A stretch of DNA of 64,000 bases from Octopus sinensis (taxonomy: Eukaryota), in the NCBI RefSeq assembly GCF_006345805.1, contig NC_042999.1, positions 135,718,001-135,782,000 on the forward strand. The letters run 5' to 3'. Shown one piece after another: positions 62,861 to 64,000 of this stretch. The notes beneath the pieces are model-generated. The model ran no database searches. It had not been told where the DNA came from and saw only the letters and a program-made list of their open reading frames with translations. How positions within the stretch are numbered: position 1 is the stretch's first letter; each line of letters opens with the position of its first letter. The translations under genes were made by a program, and so were the position numbers.

Positions 62861-62984
62861 TATATATATAAATATATACATGTTCAAAACGACATGTGAG
62901 TGTAGTGGGTGCTTTTTACAAGATAAGTCTGAGTATATATTTATGTATATGTGTGTATATATCTCCAAACCATGCCATCATGGA

Positions 62985-63250
62985 ACATCATCATCATCGT
63001 TTAACGTCCGCTTTCCATGCTAGCATGGGTTGGACGGTTCAATTGGGGTCTGGGAAACCAGAAGGCTGCACCAGGCCCAGTCTGATCTGGCAATGTTTCT
63101 ACGGCTGGATGCCCTTCCTAACGCCAACCACTCCATGAGTGTAGTGGGTGCTTTTTACAAAATAAGTCTGAGTATATATTTATCTATATGTGTATATATC
63201 TCCAAACGTCTGCTTTCCATGCTAGCATGGGTTGGACGATTTTGACTGAG
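62985..63250 (-). mobile_element. RTE 3' tail with local partial duplication
   Basis: (CAT)nCGTTTAACGTCCGCTTTCCATGCTAGC; the flank at 62897-62970 recurs at 63137-63205. Confidence 0.78.
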
Positions 63251-63789
63251 GGCTGGCAAACCTGTTTAGTTTCTATATTGCCATGGCATATAACCAATCA
63301 GAAAGTTACCATTGGTTACACATCTACTGCTGCACATGGCAATATAGAAACTAAACCGACACGCTGGCTGGAAGCACATAGCCTCTTTAATGCTGGAGGT
63401 AAATATATAGTTTGTGTCAGTTTGGTGGTGAATAAAACTACAATATGAAAGAAATCCTTTTCAGTGAGTTACCTACCCTTATACCATTCCAGCCATAGCT
63501 GAACTGTGCCTGCATTCTTTTACTTGTTTCGTTCATTTGACTGCAGCCATGCTGGAGCACTGTCTTTAGTCGAGAAAATCGACCCCAGGACTTATTCTTT
63601 GTAAGCCTAGTTTCTGTCTATCAAATCTACTTTGGTTGGCTGAGGTTACAGATGAAGACACTTGCCCAAGGTGCCACGCACTGAGACTGAACCCAAAACT
63701 ATGTGATTGGGAAGCAAACTTCTTACCACACAGCCATGCTCGTATTTTCCTTTACTCATCAAATTATAGTAATTTAAGTTGAATATCAG

Positions 63790-64000
63790 CTGCCAATATC
63801 TCTGGAACATCACTGCTGCTGGTGACATGTGAAAAGCACCCAATAACCCCTATAAAGTGGCTAGTATTAGAAAGGGCACCCAGCCCTAAATGCCACGCCA
63901 AAACAGAAAGTAAAAGTAGAGCTTGACACAGTCCTCTGGCTTGCCAGTTCCTGTCAAACTGTCCAACCCATGCCAACATGGAAAAAAGGACATTAAATAC
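63790..64000 (+). mobile_element. RTE 3' UTR fragment
   Basis: AGAAAGGGCACCCAGCC...CCAACCCATGCCAACATGG. Confidence 0.55.

Overview
AT-rich, repeat-dense eukaryotic DNA. The repeat families and gene style point to a coleoid cephalopod (Octopus-like); this is an inference. Three housekeeping genes are supported. (1) The 5' part of SUCLA2 on the minus strand: exon 1 at 14371-14436, a ~12.8 kb intron, exon 2 at 1371-1542, with the rest of the gene beyond the window start. (2) A complete six-coding-exon PSME3IP1/FAM192A on the minus strand (43888 to 32741), whose third intron is a U12-type AT-AC minor intron. (3) A complete two-exon RABIF/MSS4 on the plus strand (56239-58891), head-to-head with PSME3IP1. 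The remainder is mostly decayed mobile DNA: RTE and CR1-group LINE pieces, a restriction-like-endonuclease non-LTR relic, tRNA-derived SINEs, mariner, maT, piggyBac and hAT relics and MITEs, and Penelope-like pieces with hammerhead-like motifs. The most unusual object is a complete non-coding LTR element (18477-20453, GTTG target-site duplication) whose leader holds four tandem copies of the LTR-end plus tRNA-Trp primer-binding-site junction. No CRISPR array, rRNA or intact tRNA gene was seen. Exon and TSD coordinates were counted by hand; the boundaries of decayed repeats are approximate.
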